Shown: piece by piece, positions 29,933-38,623 of the stretch
Layout: each line of letters starts with the position of its first letter
Numbering within the stretch: the first letter of the stretch is position 1
From: Escherichia phage ALITA
Sequence record: PP359570
DNA: 64,000 nucleotides
Reading direction: 5' to 3' (one strand)
Program-made: the position numbers and the translations under genes
Notes under the pieces: model-generated
Seen by the model: the letters and a program-made list of their open reading frames with translations, nothing else
The model's database searches: none
What the model was told of the DNA's origin: nothing

Positions 29933-31036
29933 TTAAAGTAGACCACGTTTAACAGTTTGAATCATACCATCTTCAAGAGATTGCACTTCTTGAATGTAAT
30001 CAATACGAGCAGCACGGGCTTCAGTGTTGATTCGGTTAGTTTCTTCCAACATTTTAACTAAGTTTTCTTGATCACGACGCAATGTTTCAATATCCAATAC
30101 TTGACGATTAGCAAGTTGTGTAGCTTCAATCTGGTTTTGTGCAGCCAGATCACTACCCATTGCAATAGCAGCATTAAATTCATTCAGTACGTTGTTCTGT
30201 GTATCGGCTGCTTTCTTCTGGCGCAGACTTTCAATATACATAGAAAAGTTTGCAGAGTAAGCAGGAATAACATTGTTCACAATATTACGGGCTGATCGCA
30301 TCAAACTTGCAGATACTTTCTGCATACTTTGTACACGTGGCCCCATCTGAACGCACAGTAAGCGTAAGGCTTTCAGGTCTGCAATACGAATTTCAAGCAG
30401 ATCCATAGTGTCACGAGTACGTTGACGCTCTTCTACTTCATTTTCAGGTAGTGTATTAAGGCGAACTTCTTCTTTTTCATAAGTAGCTGTTAGAAGCTCT
30501 ATATCCCTGTTTAAGCTAAGAGCATATTTTGCAATAGCCTCCTCTAAACGTTGCAGATATCGTAAAGAATCTTCTTCTTTTTTCAAGTCTGTTTGGAGTG
30601 TCTTTACCAAACCCTCAATACGATTATTGATGGTGTCAAATTCTCCAAACAAATCTTCTTTCATACCTAATACTTTCTTAACTAACTTACCTAAACCTTT
30701 AGATTGTTTAATAGAATTAGGATCAAGTTGCTTTGCTTGCTTAATAAGTGCAGTTAAACGTTCACTCATTTCATCTCCCTGAGATGAACGCTGGTGTTTA
30801 AGCACTTCAGCATTAAGGTTACGAAGAGTAAGTCCTGCATCAGCACCAACTTGTTCAATCTCTTCACGAGACATTGGAGGCAGCATTTGTACAGGTCGTG
30901 CAACAGCAGGGGCATATACAGGACTTGCATCCATAGCACTTGGAGCAAACAAAGACTTACTTTTTTCTGTTGTTGCCGTGAATACACTCATTTCAGACGG
31001 TTTGCTTTTTACGGCACTGATAAAAGGACTGGACAT
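29933..31036 (-). CDS. TelA-like (toxic anion resistance family) coiled-coil protein
   Basis: 367 aa, extended alpha-helical/coiled-coil architecture and length typical of TelA/KlaB; context with TerD/TerC. Confidence 0.55.
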   Translation of the reverse strand: MSSPFISAVKSKPSEMSVFTATTEKSKSLFAPSAMDASPVYAPAVARPVQMLPPMSREEIEQVGADAGLTLRNLNAEVLKHQRSSQGDEMSERLTALIKQAKQLDPNSIKQSKGLGKLVKKVLGMKEDLFGEFDTINNRIEGLVKTLQTDLKKEEDSLRYLQRLEEAIAKYALSLNRDIELLTATYEKEEVRLNTLPENEVEERQRTRDTMDLLEIRIADLKALRLLCVQMGPRVQSMQKVSASLMRSARNIVNNVIPAYSANFSMYIESLRQKKAADTQNNVLNEFNAAIAMGSDLAAQNQIEATQLANRQVLDIETLRRDQENLVKMLEETNRINTEARAARIDYIQEVQSLEDGMIQTVKRGLL

Positions 31037-31104
31037 TCAATTTCCTCCATATTCTTTAGTAGATGGTGATACCTCTGTACCACCATCATAACACAAATTA
31101 AGTA

Positions 31105-31956
31105 TTAAACAAACATATCTAAATAATTTGTAGTAATAAATGCTCCATCTGCTTCCAGATTAACATAACCAGTAGCATTAGTGGTTAAGAAATCCAGATC
31201 GAAGGACTCTTTAACACCCCGTACCTCAACACGAGAGATATCGAATACAGGTAGTGTAACAGCCTCTTCGTGCAATACCGTACCTTTGTAGGTTGCCTTA
31301 ATGATAAACTTGATATTACCCGTTCCAGCATCATACAAAACACTTTCAAACCCTTTGAGAGTATATTTATCACCAGAAGTGAAGTGCAAAGTTGCTTTGT
31401 TTACAGTACGTTTTTTACGAGGAGTTCCTTTCACACGTTTATGATCACTACGTTTTTTGTATTTAGGAATGAATACAAACGATACACTCTCAAGAAAGGT
31501 ATCAACATCAAGGATTTTAATATCCTCTGTTGCAGCAAATTTTGAAGTCGTTGCATCAAAATGCTTTTCCCTGCGATCATACATAAAGATATCAAACCGA
31601 TCTTCTAAATCAAACAAATTATGTATTTTAATTTCAGAATGCTTGCGCATTGCAGCAACCTTGAACTCTTCAAAACGTGGGTGTTCTACAAGTTCTTCAA
31701 GTTTTACACCAAAGACAGTATATTGCTTCGAAGTCTTTTCTGGTGTTGGCATTACAGAAGCATAATCACCGATTGCGCTCTTAAAGCAAAATTGTTCTTG
31801 ACCTGTATTTTTACCAACGAATTTACAGTATTCGTCATTGTGCATACTTTCCTTAGTAGTACCAACAAACTCAAAACCATCTTTATTCTTCTCAAGGATT
31901 TCTTGATTAAAGATCCAACCTTCCAGGCGATATACTTTACCAACTTCTAGTTTCAT
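31105..31956 (-). CDS. Hypothetical protein
   Basis: 283-aa ORF. Confidence 0.5.
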   Translation of the reverse strand: MKLEVGKVYRLEGWIFNQEILEKNKDGFEFVGTTKESMHNDEYCKFVGKNTGQEQFCFKSAIGDYASVMPTPEKTSKQYTVFGVKLEELVEHPRFEEFKVAAMRKHSEIKIHNLFDLEDRFDIFMYDRREKHFDATTSKFAATEDIKILDVDTFLESVSFVFIPKYKKRSDHKRVKGTPRKKRTVNKATLHFTSGDKYTLKGFESVLYDAGTGNIKFIIKATYKGTVLHEEAVTLPVFDISRVEVRGVKESFDLDFLTTNATGYVNLEADGAFITTNYLDMFV

Positions 31957-31991
31957 CTGTTTCTCCTTCTTATTTAATCTGTATTAAATTA

Positions 31992-32582
31992 TTAACGACG
32001 ACGTGAGCTACTAAAACTACGTTTCGACGAAGAATAACTTTTCGAAGACTTACTATAAGAGCTAATAGGGCTTGAGTAAGACTTACGAGCAGAGTAATCA
32101 CTATTCACTTTTGTTGTTGACGGGCGTGAATACGTTTGTACACTTTGCTGCTTAATTGTGTTTTGTTTAGTGGTTGTATATTTATTTCCTTGTTTATCAT
32201 AAAAACTATGCTTTTGTGTTGTATATGCTTTACTGTTAGTTGTAGGAGCAGCGTTGTTATTAATAATTGTTGTACTGCTACCACCATCTCTATAACCGCC
32301 ACCGCCACTATTACCACTCAACATATGACCAAGAAGCATACCTGTAGCAAACTCACCTACACCAGAAGAACCACTGCCGCCTCCTTGCACAACAACTGTT
32401 GAAGGTTGTGCAGGTGCTGCTTGAACAACTTGAGGTGCAGGTTGATTTACATATTGTTCATCTACCATCTGATTTGGTGTTTGTTGGTAACGTTGATTTT
32501 GTACATTTTCAGAATCATCACAACCTACCAGCAATGCACTACCTAATACAACTGCAACAATAAAAGATTTAATGTTTTTCAT
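31992..32582 (-). CDS. Lipoprotein with glycine-zipper segment and S/Y/K-rich low-complexity tail
   Basis: Signal peptide plus lipobox LLVGC; GGGSGSSGVGEFATGMLLGHML glycine zipper; start set at MKNIKS. Confidence 0.55.
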   Translation of the reverse strand: MKNIKSFIVAVVLGSALLVGCDDSENVQNQRYQQTPNQMVDEQYVNQPAPQVVQAAPAQPSTVVVQGGGSGSSGVGEFATGMLLGHMLSGNSGGGGYRDGGSSTTIINNNAAPTTNSKAYTTQKHSFYDKQGNKYTTTKQNTIKQQSVQTYSRPSTTKVNSDYSARKSYSSPISSYSKSSKSYSSSKRSFSSSRRR

Positions 32583-32775
32583 TTGTAACCCTCTCATTTA
32601 AAGTCTCAACACAATTTTTAAAATCCCTAGAGAAACAATACATCTGTTCTCCGTTCCTGTTGATAGTAATTGTATGGTTATCAATATATGTTGTCAAGAT
32701 AAAAATCAAACAAAACAACCCTAGAGCAAAACAAATATTTTCAAACAGAATCCAAAGAACACGTAAAACCACCAT
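32569..32775 (-). CDS. Small membrane protein
   Basis: 68 aa, one hydrophobic helix. Confidence 0.4.
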   Translation of the reverse strand: MVVLRVLWILFENICFALGLFCLIFILTTYIDNHTITINRNGEQMYCFSRDFKNCVETLNERVTNEKH

Positions 32776-32790
32776 CAGATCACCTCAACA

Positions 32791-32808
32791 AAGCCCCCGA
32801 AGGGGCTT
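32791..32808 (-). promoter_or_regulatory. Intra-operon hairpin (partial terminator) after TerC gene
   Basis: AAGCCCC-CGAA-GGGGCTT. Confidence 0.4.
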
Positions 32809-32814
32809 AATGAA

Positions 32815-33792
32815 TTAAGCAACAGTCTGGTCTTCTTTTTCAGGGAAGATTAAACTTGCAATAACACCCAACCCAAGAGTACCTAACACAATATACATAC
32901 TGATCGTCGGATCAATGTGTGCTGGCAGGAAACTCACTTTTGCGTGCAGAGTTTCTGCAAACGGATGATACATCAGTTTTACACCCACAAACACCAGGAC
33001 TACGATAACTGCTTTCTCCAGATGAACCAAATACTTCAGTGCAACACTAAGAACAAAGAACAGAGCACGTAAACCTAAGATTGCACAAAGCATCGAAGAG
33101 AACACCAGCAGAGGTTCTTGTGTCACTGCAATTACTGCTGGAACAGAGTCTACTGCAAAGATTACGTCTACCATTTCCATTACAAACACACAAACCAGAG
33201 CCGGAGTTGCTACACGAACACCATTTTTGATTGTGAAGAACTTCTCACCATCCATCTGATCAGATACAGGGAACAGCTTACGAACAATACGAGTAGCCCA
33301 GTGTTTAGAGTAATCAATTTCTGCATCATTATCCCCAGCGAATACCATTTTAGCCGCACAGAAAAGGATGACAGCACCGAAGAAGATATTAACATACCAG
33401 CCCAAACTCAACAAGTAAGTACCTACTGCTACAAACACACCTCGGAAGACAATTGCACCTGCAATACCCCAAAGTAGAATCTTGTGCTGCAAGTGTGTGC
33501 TTTTAATACCAAAACTTGCGAAGACTGCCACAAATACTACTAAGTTATCTACAGAAAGAGATTTCTCCAACACATAACCACTCAAGAACAAGCTCGCAAA
33601 ATCAGCACCGTGTTGGAAGTATACAAAACCATAGTAGGCTAATGATACCCCAATCCAGAAAATTGACCAGCCAATTGCAGATTTAAATGAGATCTCTTTG
33701 TTTTCTCTGTGTCCAAAGAAGTCAATACAAATCGACAAGACTAAAATACCCACTAAAACAACCACATCAATAATTGGGAAACCCAGTTGCAT
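32815..33792 (-). CDS. TerC-family integral membrane protein
   Basis: 325 aa, multi-pass; motifs EKSLSVDNLVVFVAVF and IFAVDSVPAVIAVTQEPLLVFSSMLCAILGLRALFF. Confidence 0.85.
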   Translation of the reverse strand: MQLGFPIIDVVVLVGILVLSICIDFFGHRENKEISFKSAIGWSIFWIGVSLAYYGFVYFQHGADFASLFLSGYVLEKSLSVDNLVVFVAVFASFGIKSTHLQHKILLWGIAGAIVFRGVFVAVGTYLLSLGWYVNIFFGAVILFCAAKMVFAGDNDAEIDYSKHWATRIVRKLFPVSDQMDGEKFFTIKNGVRVATPALVCVFVMEMVDVIFAVDSVPAVIAVTQEPLLVFSSMLCAILGLRALFFVLSVALKYLVHLEKAVIVVLVFVGVKLMYHPFAETLHAKVSFLPAHIDPTISMYIVLGTLGLGVIASLIFPEKEDQTVA

Positions 33793-33810
33793 TCTTTTCT
33801 CCTCTTTAAT

Positions 33811-33829
33811 GCGGAGGACAATCCTCCGC
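33811..33829 (-). promoter_or_regulatory. Hairpin upstream of TerC gene
   Basis: GCGGAGGA-CAAT-CCTCCGC. Confidence 0.35.
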
Positions 33830-33869
33830 TCTATGTCTTATACTATAAACTGTTTTTAAAGAAAGTCAA

Positions 33870-34118
33870 CTAGTTCAGTTCTGTAATTTTAAGTTTATCT
33901 TCTTTGTTAATGATAGGGAAAGCTACAGCATCACCTACGTCATCAATAAAGCAAATAGCAATACCACCTTCCACTTTGCTAATCTGACCATTAAAGGCAT
34001 GATACGGGGCAGGAACTTGATCTCCATCTTCAAGGAGAATAGCCTCGTAAACCTTGCCGATAGTACAATCACGAGTGTTTCTAAATTTTTCAAGCACTTC
34101 AACATTTACTTTACGCAT
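33870..34118 (-). CDS. Hypothetical protein
   Basis: 82-aa ORF. Confidence 0.45.
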   Translation of the reverse strand: MRKVNVEVLEKFRNTRDCTIGKVYEAILLEDGDQVPAPYHAFNGQISKVEGGIAICFIDDVGDAVAFPIINKEDKLKITELN

Positions 34119-34132
34119 ATAAAAATCCTCTC

Positions 34133-34339
34133 TTATTTGTTAGATTGAAAGATACCACGAAGTACCGCAAGAATGAACGTCACACAGACTACACTCCAAA
34201 ACGTTACAGGAACATGATGCCAGTCTAAACCGATAATGTCAATCATATAGTTGTATGCTAAAAGCAGTAGCCAACTAGGGATTAACACAATCAAGAACAC
34301 AACAATAAAACAACCTAATACTGCTAAAACACCTGCCAT
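34133..34339 (-). CDS. Small two-helix membrane protein
   Basis: 68 aa, two TM segments. Confidence 0.45.
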   Translation of the reverse strand: MAGVLAVLGCFIVVFLIVLIPSWLLLLAYNYMIDIIGLDWHHVPVTFWSVVCVTFILAVLRGIFQSNK

Positions 34340-34348
34340 ACTTTCTCC

Positions 34349-35065
34349 TTATTTCAGTTTGTAAACAATTACATTTAAACCTTTGTTCACTAGAGTTTCT
34401 TCGATCATAAGTTTTACAATATTCCAAGAACCTCCAGCCAAACCACAACCAAGCATTGGTAAACCTACAATTTTACCGCCTGAAGATACAACATCGTCTC
34501 CCATACTATCTAACGCATTGTAGATAGCTTCATAATTCAGGTCACGCTTACCTTCCTCACGACGACTATAACCATATTGTCCATATAAATTATAAATTGT
34601 CAAATTGTTTTCTGTATATTTGGTAAACGTACCTAATTTTTTATAATCACCACGTTTAGTGGCACAATCTGCTTTAAACGCACCAGGCCACTTGCTTTTA
34701 ATTTTTGGTGCAATACCACTACCCATAGTGCAAAAACAGTTACAGCAGTGTGCTATAGCGTCTATATCGCCTCTCTCGGCTGCTGCTAAAAGATCACCGT
34801 ATACCTCAATGATACCTGCCGGATAACTTGTTACAATTTCATCTTCCCAATACATTTTCTCTACACCACCGATCAGTGCAAAGTTTTGTGTAATGCGATC
34901 ATCAATATAGTTAAGACCTGAAACATACACAGCGTATTCATCCTGTGCTGTAATACCTTGCACACGAATTCTTAAGACACCATCTTTATCTGTTGCTACA
35001 CGCCCAAAATCTTTTTCTGTAATATTGGTGATAGGATCTCCGAAAGTCATTACTTTATTAGACAT
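34349..35065 (-). CDS. Macro-domain-like protein (putative ADP-ribose/nucleotide-derivative processing)
   Basis: Start at ATG with SD AAAGGGG (MSNKVMTFGD...); DAIAHCCNCFCTMGSGIA resembles macro DAIVNAAN..GGGV block; later GLPMLGCGLAGG. Confidence 0.45.
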   Translation of the reverse strand: MSNKVMTFGDPITNITEKDFGRVATDKDGVLRIRVQGITAQDEYAVYVSGLNYIDDRITQNFALIGGVEKMYWEDEIVTSYPAGIIEVYGDLLAAAERGDIDAIAHCCNCFCTMGSGIAPKIKSKWPGAFKADCATKRGDYKKLGTFTKYTENNLTIYNLYGQYGYSRREEGKRDLNYEAIYNALDSMGDDVVSSGGKIVGLPMLGCGLAGGSWNIVKLMIEETLVNKGLNVIVYKLK

Positions 35066-35915
35066 AATAATCCCCTTTAACATTAGGTTTGTTGATAATG
35101 TTGCTTTCAAAAAATTGACGTAGGAAATCAAAGTTCTCTTTGTATTTTTCAATGTTATTGTAACCTTCTGCAAGGCAACCAAAGAACAGTTGTTCTACAT
35201 AATACAAAGGAAGTTGTGAAAGTGCAATTTTAAAATCAACTTCGCTTTGACTCATTAGATACTTAATAGGACGAACCAAACATTTAGCATCAGCTTCTTG
35301 CTTAATCATTTTAATAAAAGCTGCCAGATTATTGATATAGTTGAAGTTAAGTGCAGCTTCGGTGTTGGCTTCTGTACCTTCATACTTTGCAAAGTACAGG
35401 AAAAACGTATCGTTTTCAACACCTTCTTTGTCTAAAATTTCAATAAGTTTTTCTTCGTGTGTTCCTGTAATATTAACATCATCAATGAAAATCAGAGTTT
35501 TATTACCCCAGAAATCACGATTGATAGAGAAAGTGTCACCATCGATCAAAGCCTTACGATCTTCTTTGCTAAGAAATCCATAATCATTGATATAGCTCAC
35601 TTTACGATGAACGATATCCCACTCCACTGGTTTACCACCTTTGATAGAGATTAGGTAGTTGAGGTGATCTACAAAATGTTCAGATAACACTGTAGCTGCA
35701 TTTTTCACATAGTTATATGGAGATGGAATAACAACAAAACTTTCATTTACCAGTCGTTCTTCATACTTAGAAAAGAAACTTTCAGCCAGAATGCGCCCCA
35801 TTCTTTTTGCTGCCTGGTTACTACCAAACTTTAGTTTGGAATAATCTGCAATGTTAAATTTTGCTTCCTTCAGGTTAGTAAAAGTATTAGCAAAATGTTG
35901 AATTTGATTACGCAT
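35058..35915 (-). CDS. Phosphoribosyltransferase (PRTase) family protein
   Basis: 285 aa; PRPP-binding-type motif LIFIDDVNITGTH. Confidence 0.7.
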   Translation of the reverse strand: MRNQIQHFANTFTNLKEAKFNIADYSKLKFGSNQAAKRMGRILAESFFSKYEERLVNESFVVIPSPYNYVKNAATVLSEHFVDHLNYLISIKGGKPVEWDIVHRKVSYINDYGFLSKEDRKALIDGDTFSINRDFWGNKTLIFIDDVNITGTHEEKLIEILDKEGVENDTFFLYFAKYEGTEANTEAALNFNYINNLAAFIKMIKQEADAKCLVRPIKYLMSQSEVDFKIALSQLPLYYVEQLFFGCLAEGYNNIEKYKENFDFLRQFFESNIINKPNVKGDYYV

Positions 35916-36564
35916 TAATAAGTTCCTCTTTTTTAAGTTTAGCCAACAAGTCTTCTGGATTAATAATATGACAGAACTTCATCCCTATGTCAACAGCTTT
36001 TCCATCATAAATCAAACTATCTCCAACGTGTAAAATCTCTTCTGGTGCGAGATCAAACGTCACCATTTCATCAAAAGAGAGTTTAAAAAACCTAGGATCT
36101 GGTTTACACAAGCAAAACTCGTCAGAAAAATGCATAAAGTCAAATGGTAATTTTGTTAAGCCAGAATATACAGCTAAGAAACTACCTGGTACAAAATTAG
36201 TATTGCTCTTAATACTCAAAGAGTAGGTTGAACTTAGCTCTTCCAACTTCTTGCAAAGTTCAGGATTCAATGTTGGAGGATGTTTTATAAACATTGCCAA
36301 ACAATCTCTTTTTAACCCATCCACTTTATCAAGATCAATGTTCAAACGAGTAGAAAGTGTTACCCAAGCATCCTTAGACGTTCCACAAATGCCTTTTTCT
36401 GCTTTTAAATCCAAGAAAGTTTTTACCTCTTTGTATACGGTAGCTGCTTCTGCCTCAGAGCAAGAGGCATACTCGGCAATAACCTTGTTGCGCTCTTCTG
36501 CATACAAAGGGTTAGCAGTAATAAGAGTATTCCATACATCAAAAGAAATATGCTTAACAGTCAT
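35908..36564 (-). CDS. HAD-superfamily hydrolase (phosphatase-like)
   Basis: Start at ATG with SD GGAGG (MTVKHISFDVWNTL); HAD motif I FDVWNTL and motif IV HVGDSLIYD. Confidence 0.6.
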   Translation of the reverse strand: MTVKHISFDVWNTLITANPLYAEERNKVIAEYASCSEAEAATVYKEVKTFLDLKAEKGICGTSKDAWVTLSTRLNIDLDKVDGLKRDCLAMFIKHPPTLNPELCKKLEELSSTYSLSIKSNTNFVPGSFLAVYSGLTKLPFDFMHFSDEFCLCKPDPRFFKLSFDEMVTFDLAPEEILHVGDSLIYDGKAVDIGMKFCHIINPEDLLAKLKKEELINA

Positions 36565-36566
36565 TT

Positions 36567-36722
36567 TTAATCCTCCGTCCAAAAGAATATCATCTGCTTA
36601 ATTTTATTGATTTCTTGATGTAGTAACTTTCCAGCATGTGATTGATCTTTAATATTGACAGCAAGAATTTCAAGTTCCGTTAGTTTTTCTTGGATAGCTT
36701 TATATTCATCATCTGTAAGCAT
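36567..36722 (-). CDS. Small hypothetical protein
   Basis: 51 aa (below ORF-track cutoff); SD AAGGGGAAG; stop 2 nt before HAD gene start. Confidence 0.3.
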   Translation of the reverse strand: MLTDDEYKAIQEKLTELEILAVNIKDQSHAGKLLHQEINKIKQMIFFWTED

Positions 36723-36733
36723 TTTCTTCCCCT

Positions 36734-36925
36734 TTAGAATGGTAATCTTTGTATGTCACTTATCCCCACACCAAGAAGTCTAGCAATATCCTTATCTAAA
36801 AGCAACTCTTTTTGTTCTAAAATGTTAATCAGATCTCCTAATACTTCTTTAATGTCACGATCATTTTTAGCAACGTGACCACCTGCTGTATCAACTTTAT
36901 CTTTAAAAACAAAGTAATGATCCAT
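36734..36925 (-). CDS. Small hypothetical protein
   Basis: Start at ATG with SD GGAGGG (MDHYFVF...). Confidence 0.4.
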   Translation of the reverse strand: MDHYFVFKDKVDTAGGHVAKNDRDIKEVLGDLINILEQKELLLDKDIARLLGVGISDIQRLPF

Positions 36926-36944
36926 AATACCCTCCATATAAATA

Positions 36945-36966
36945 AAGGAGGCTTTCGCCTCCTTTT
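36945..36966 (-). promoter_or_regulatory. Hairpin between AAA ATPase gene and downstream genes
   Basis: AAAGGAGGC-TTTC-GCCTCCTTT. Confidence 0.4.
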
Positions 36967-36971
36967 ATCAC

Positions 36972-38132
36972 TTAGTAAGAACGACCACCAAACACATACT
37001 CTGTGTAGTTTTTACGTTCTTTGTTTTTAATAACAACTTCAATGTTGTTGCCTTTATCATCGGTGAACACAAAGTGATAACCGTCACCACCCATTGTACG
37101 GATGTGTTTTTCATCATACGTCAGCAAGATACGGTCTACACCCCAGTAGTAGTCACCTTCTTCATCTTTGTCTTCTACTGTAACGACCCCTTCCATTTCA
37201 GGAAGATGCTCTTCTCCTAGCTTATGGTCTACAGCTACAACATAACGATTACCGCTAAACAAACCCTGTGCTGTCATACCGTCAATATCGGTATCTGCCG
37301 AAACATCTCCTGTACGATCTACACCGTTAACTTTCAGGAGTTTAACTTCTTTTGCAGCATAGCGGTGTTCAGTAATACTGATACCCATTAATGCAAGTGC
37401 ATCAGAGAATTTGTCATTAGGGTAACGGTTAAGTTCTTCTACTAGTGACTGAACAATATCAAAGTTCAAGTCCACGGAAAGATTATAAAGCGTTTCAAAA
37501 TCTGGTAAAAAGGCTTTGTTCTCCAGATTTTTAGCCAGATAGTCATCCATAGTAGCTTTAGGTAGTTTCTTATAGCTAAAACTGTAGAAAATACGGCTAG
37601 GACGATTACGCAAAAATTCTGATACATAACCATCATTTTTAGTCAATACAAACAGCTTGTCATAGCCACCTACACCATCCAGCAGAGTAAGCAAACCATC
37701 CTGTGCATCTTTTTCAGCATACAGTTTATCAAATTCATCGATCATAATCATCACAGGTTGTGTGATTTTAGACATAAAATTGATAAAGCCTTCGCCATTA
37801 AAAGCACTACCGATAGAAATAGTAGGAATACCCATTTCACGAAGAGCAGAAGACAGCATTTTAGCTTGCAAAGTTTTACCACTACCCTTCGTACCCTCAA
37901 GGAGAACACCTGTGTTTTTACCTTTGCGGCTAAGGAACGTCTTGATAATACGTTCTGATTTATCATCAGTATCACCGTATGTTACTGAAGGGACTTCCAT
38001 ATCGTTTTTAGGATACAGGAAGAACTCACCACTTTGAGTAACACCTACACCAAAAGTTCCTGCTGGAATTTCTTCAATATCTGTACCAGATTTCTGACGC
38101 AGGAAGATTTGATTGCCGAATACTGTAAACAT
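36972..38132 (-). CDS. P-loop AAA-type ATPase (paralog of 53127-54254)
   Basis: 386 aa; Walker A LLEGTKGSGKT, Walker B MIMIDEFDK. Confidence 0.75.
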   Translation of the reverse strand: MFTVFGNQIFLRQKSGTDIEEIPAGTFGVGVTQSGEFFLYPKNDMEVPSVTYGDTDDKSERIIKTFLSRKGKNTGVLLEGTKGSGKTLQAKMLSSALREMGIPTISIGSAFNGEGFINFMSKITQPVMIMIDEFDKLYAEKDAQDGLLTLLDGVGGYDKLFVLTKNDGYVSEFLRNRPSRIFYSFSYKKLPKATMDDYLAKNLENKAFLPDFETLYNLSVDLNFDIVQSLVEELNRYPNDKFSDALALMGISITEHRYAAKEVKLLKVNGVDRTGDVSADTDIDGMTAQGLFSGNRYVVAVDHKLGEEHLPEMEGVVTVEDKDEEGDYYWGVDRILLTYDEKHIRTMGGDGYHFVFTDDKGNNIEVVIKNKERKNYTEYVFGGRSY

Positions 38133-38152
38133 AGTTTTCTCCTCTATTTAAT

Positions 38153-38623
38153 TTAGTCAGATTCCCAAATGTTGTCTTTCTTAACCCACATTCGTTGATT
38201 ATCTGAACCTCTATAACGTTTCGTTGTTGGTTGATTCATATCATACTTACCATCTATCACTATGTCAACCAGTTTTTTAATTTTCTCTGGAATTTCTTCA
38301 AAAAGATATCCTGTATATAAGACAATATCTTTTTTGTTTCCAAAACAATCTCTTACCTTCTCAAGAACATACTCTACAGTGTCAATGTTCTCTTTGTCAA
38401 GAGGTTCACCACCTAAAACTGTTAATCCTTTAATGAAAGGTCGAGATAAATCTTCCAAGATAAGATCTAATGTTTCAGTAGTGAACTCTTGTCCGTAGTT
38501 ATACGACCAGGCTTTCTGGTTAAAGCAGCCACGGCAACCGTGGCTACAACCGCTCACCCACAAAGAGCATCTTACACCATCACCGTTGAGCATGTCAACA
38601 GGTTCATATCCGGCGTAATTCAA
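38153..38623 (-). CDS. nrdG: Anaerobic ribonucleotide reductase activating protein (radical SAM)
   Basis: 156 aa; CSHGCRGCFN CxxxCxxC cluster; immediately downstream of NrdD. Confidence 0.85.
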   Translation of the reverse strand: MNYAGYEPVDMLNGDGVRCSLWVSGCSHGCRGCFNQKAWSYNYGQEFTTETLDLILEDLSRPFIKGLTVLGGEPLDKENIDTVEYVLEKVRDCFGNKKDIVLYTGYLFEEIPEKIKKLVDIVIDGKYDMNQPTTKRYRGSDNQRMWVKKDNIWESD

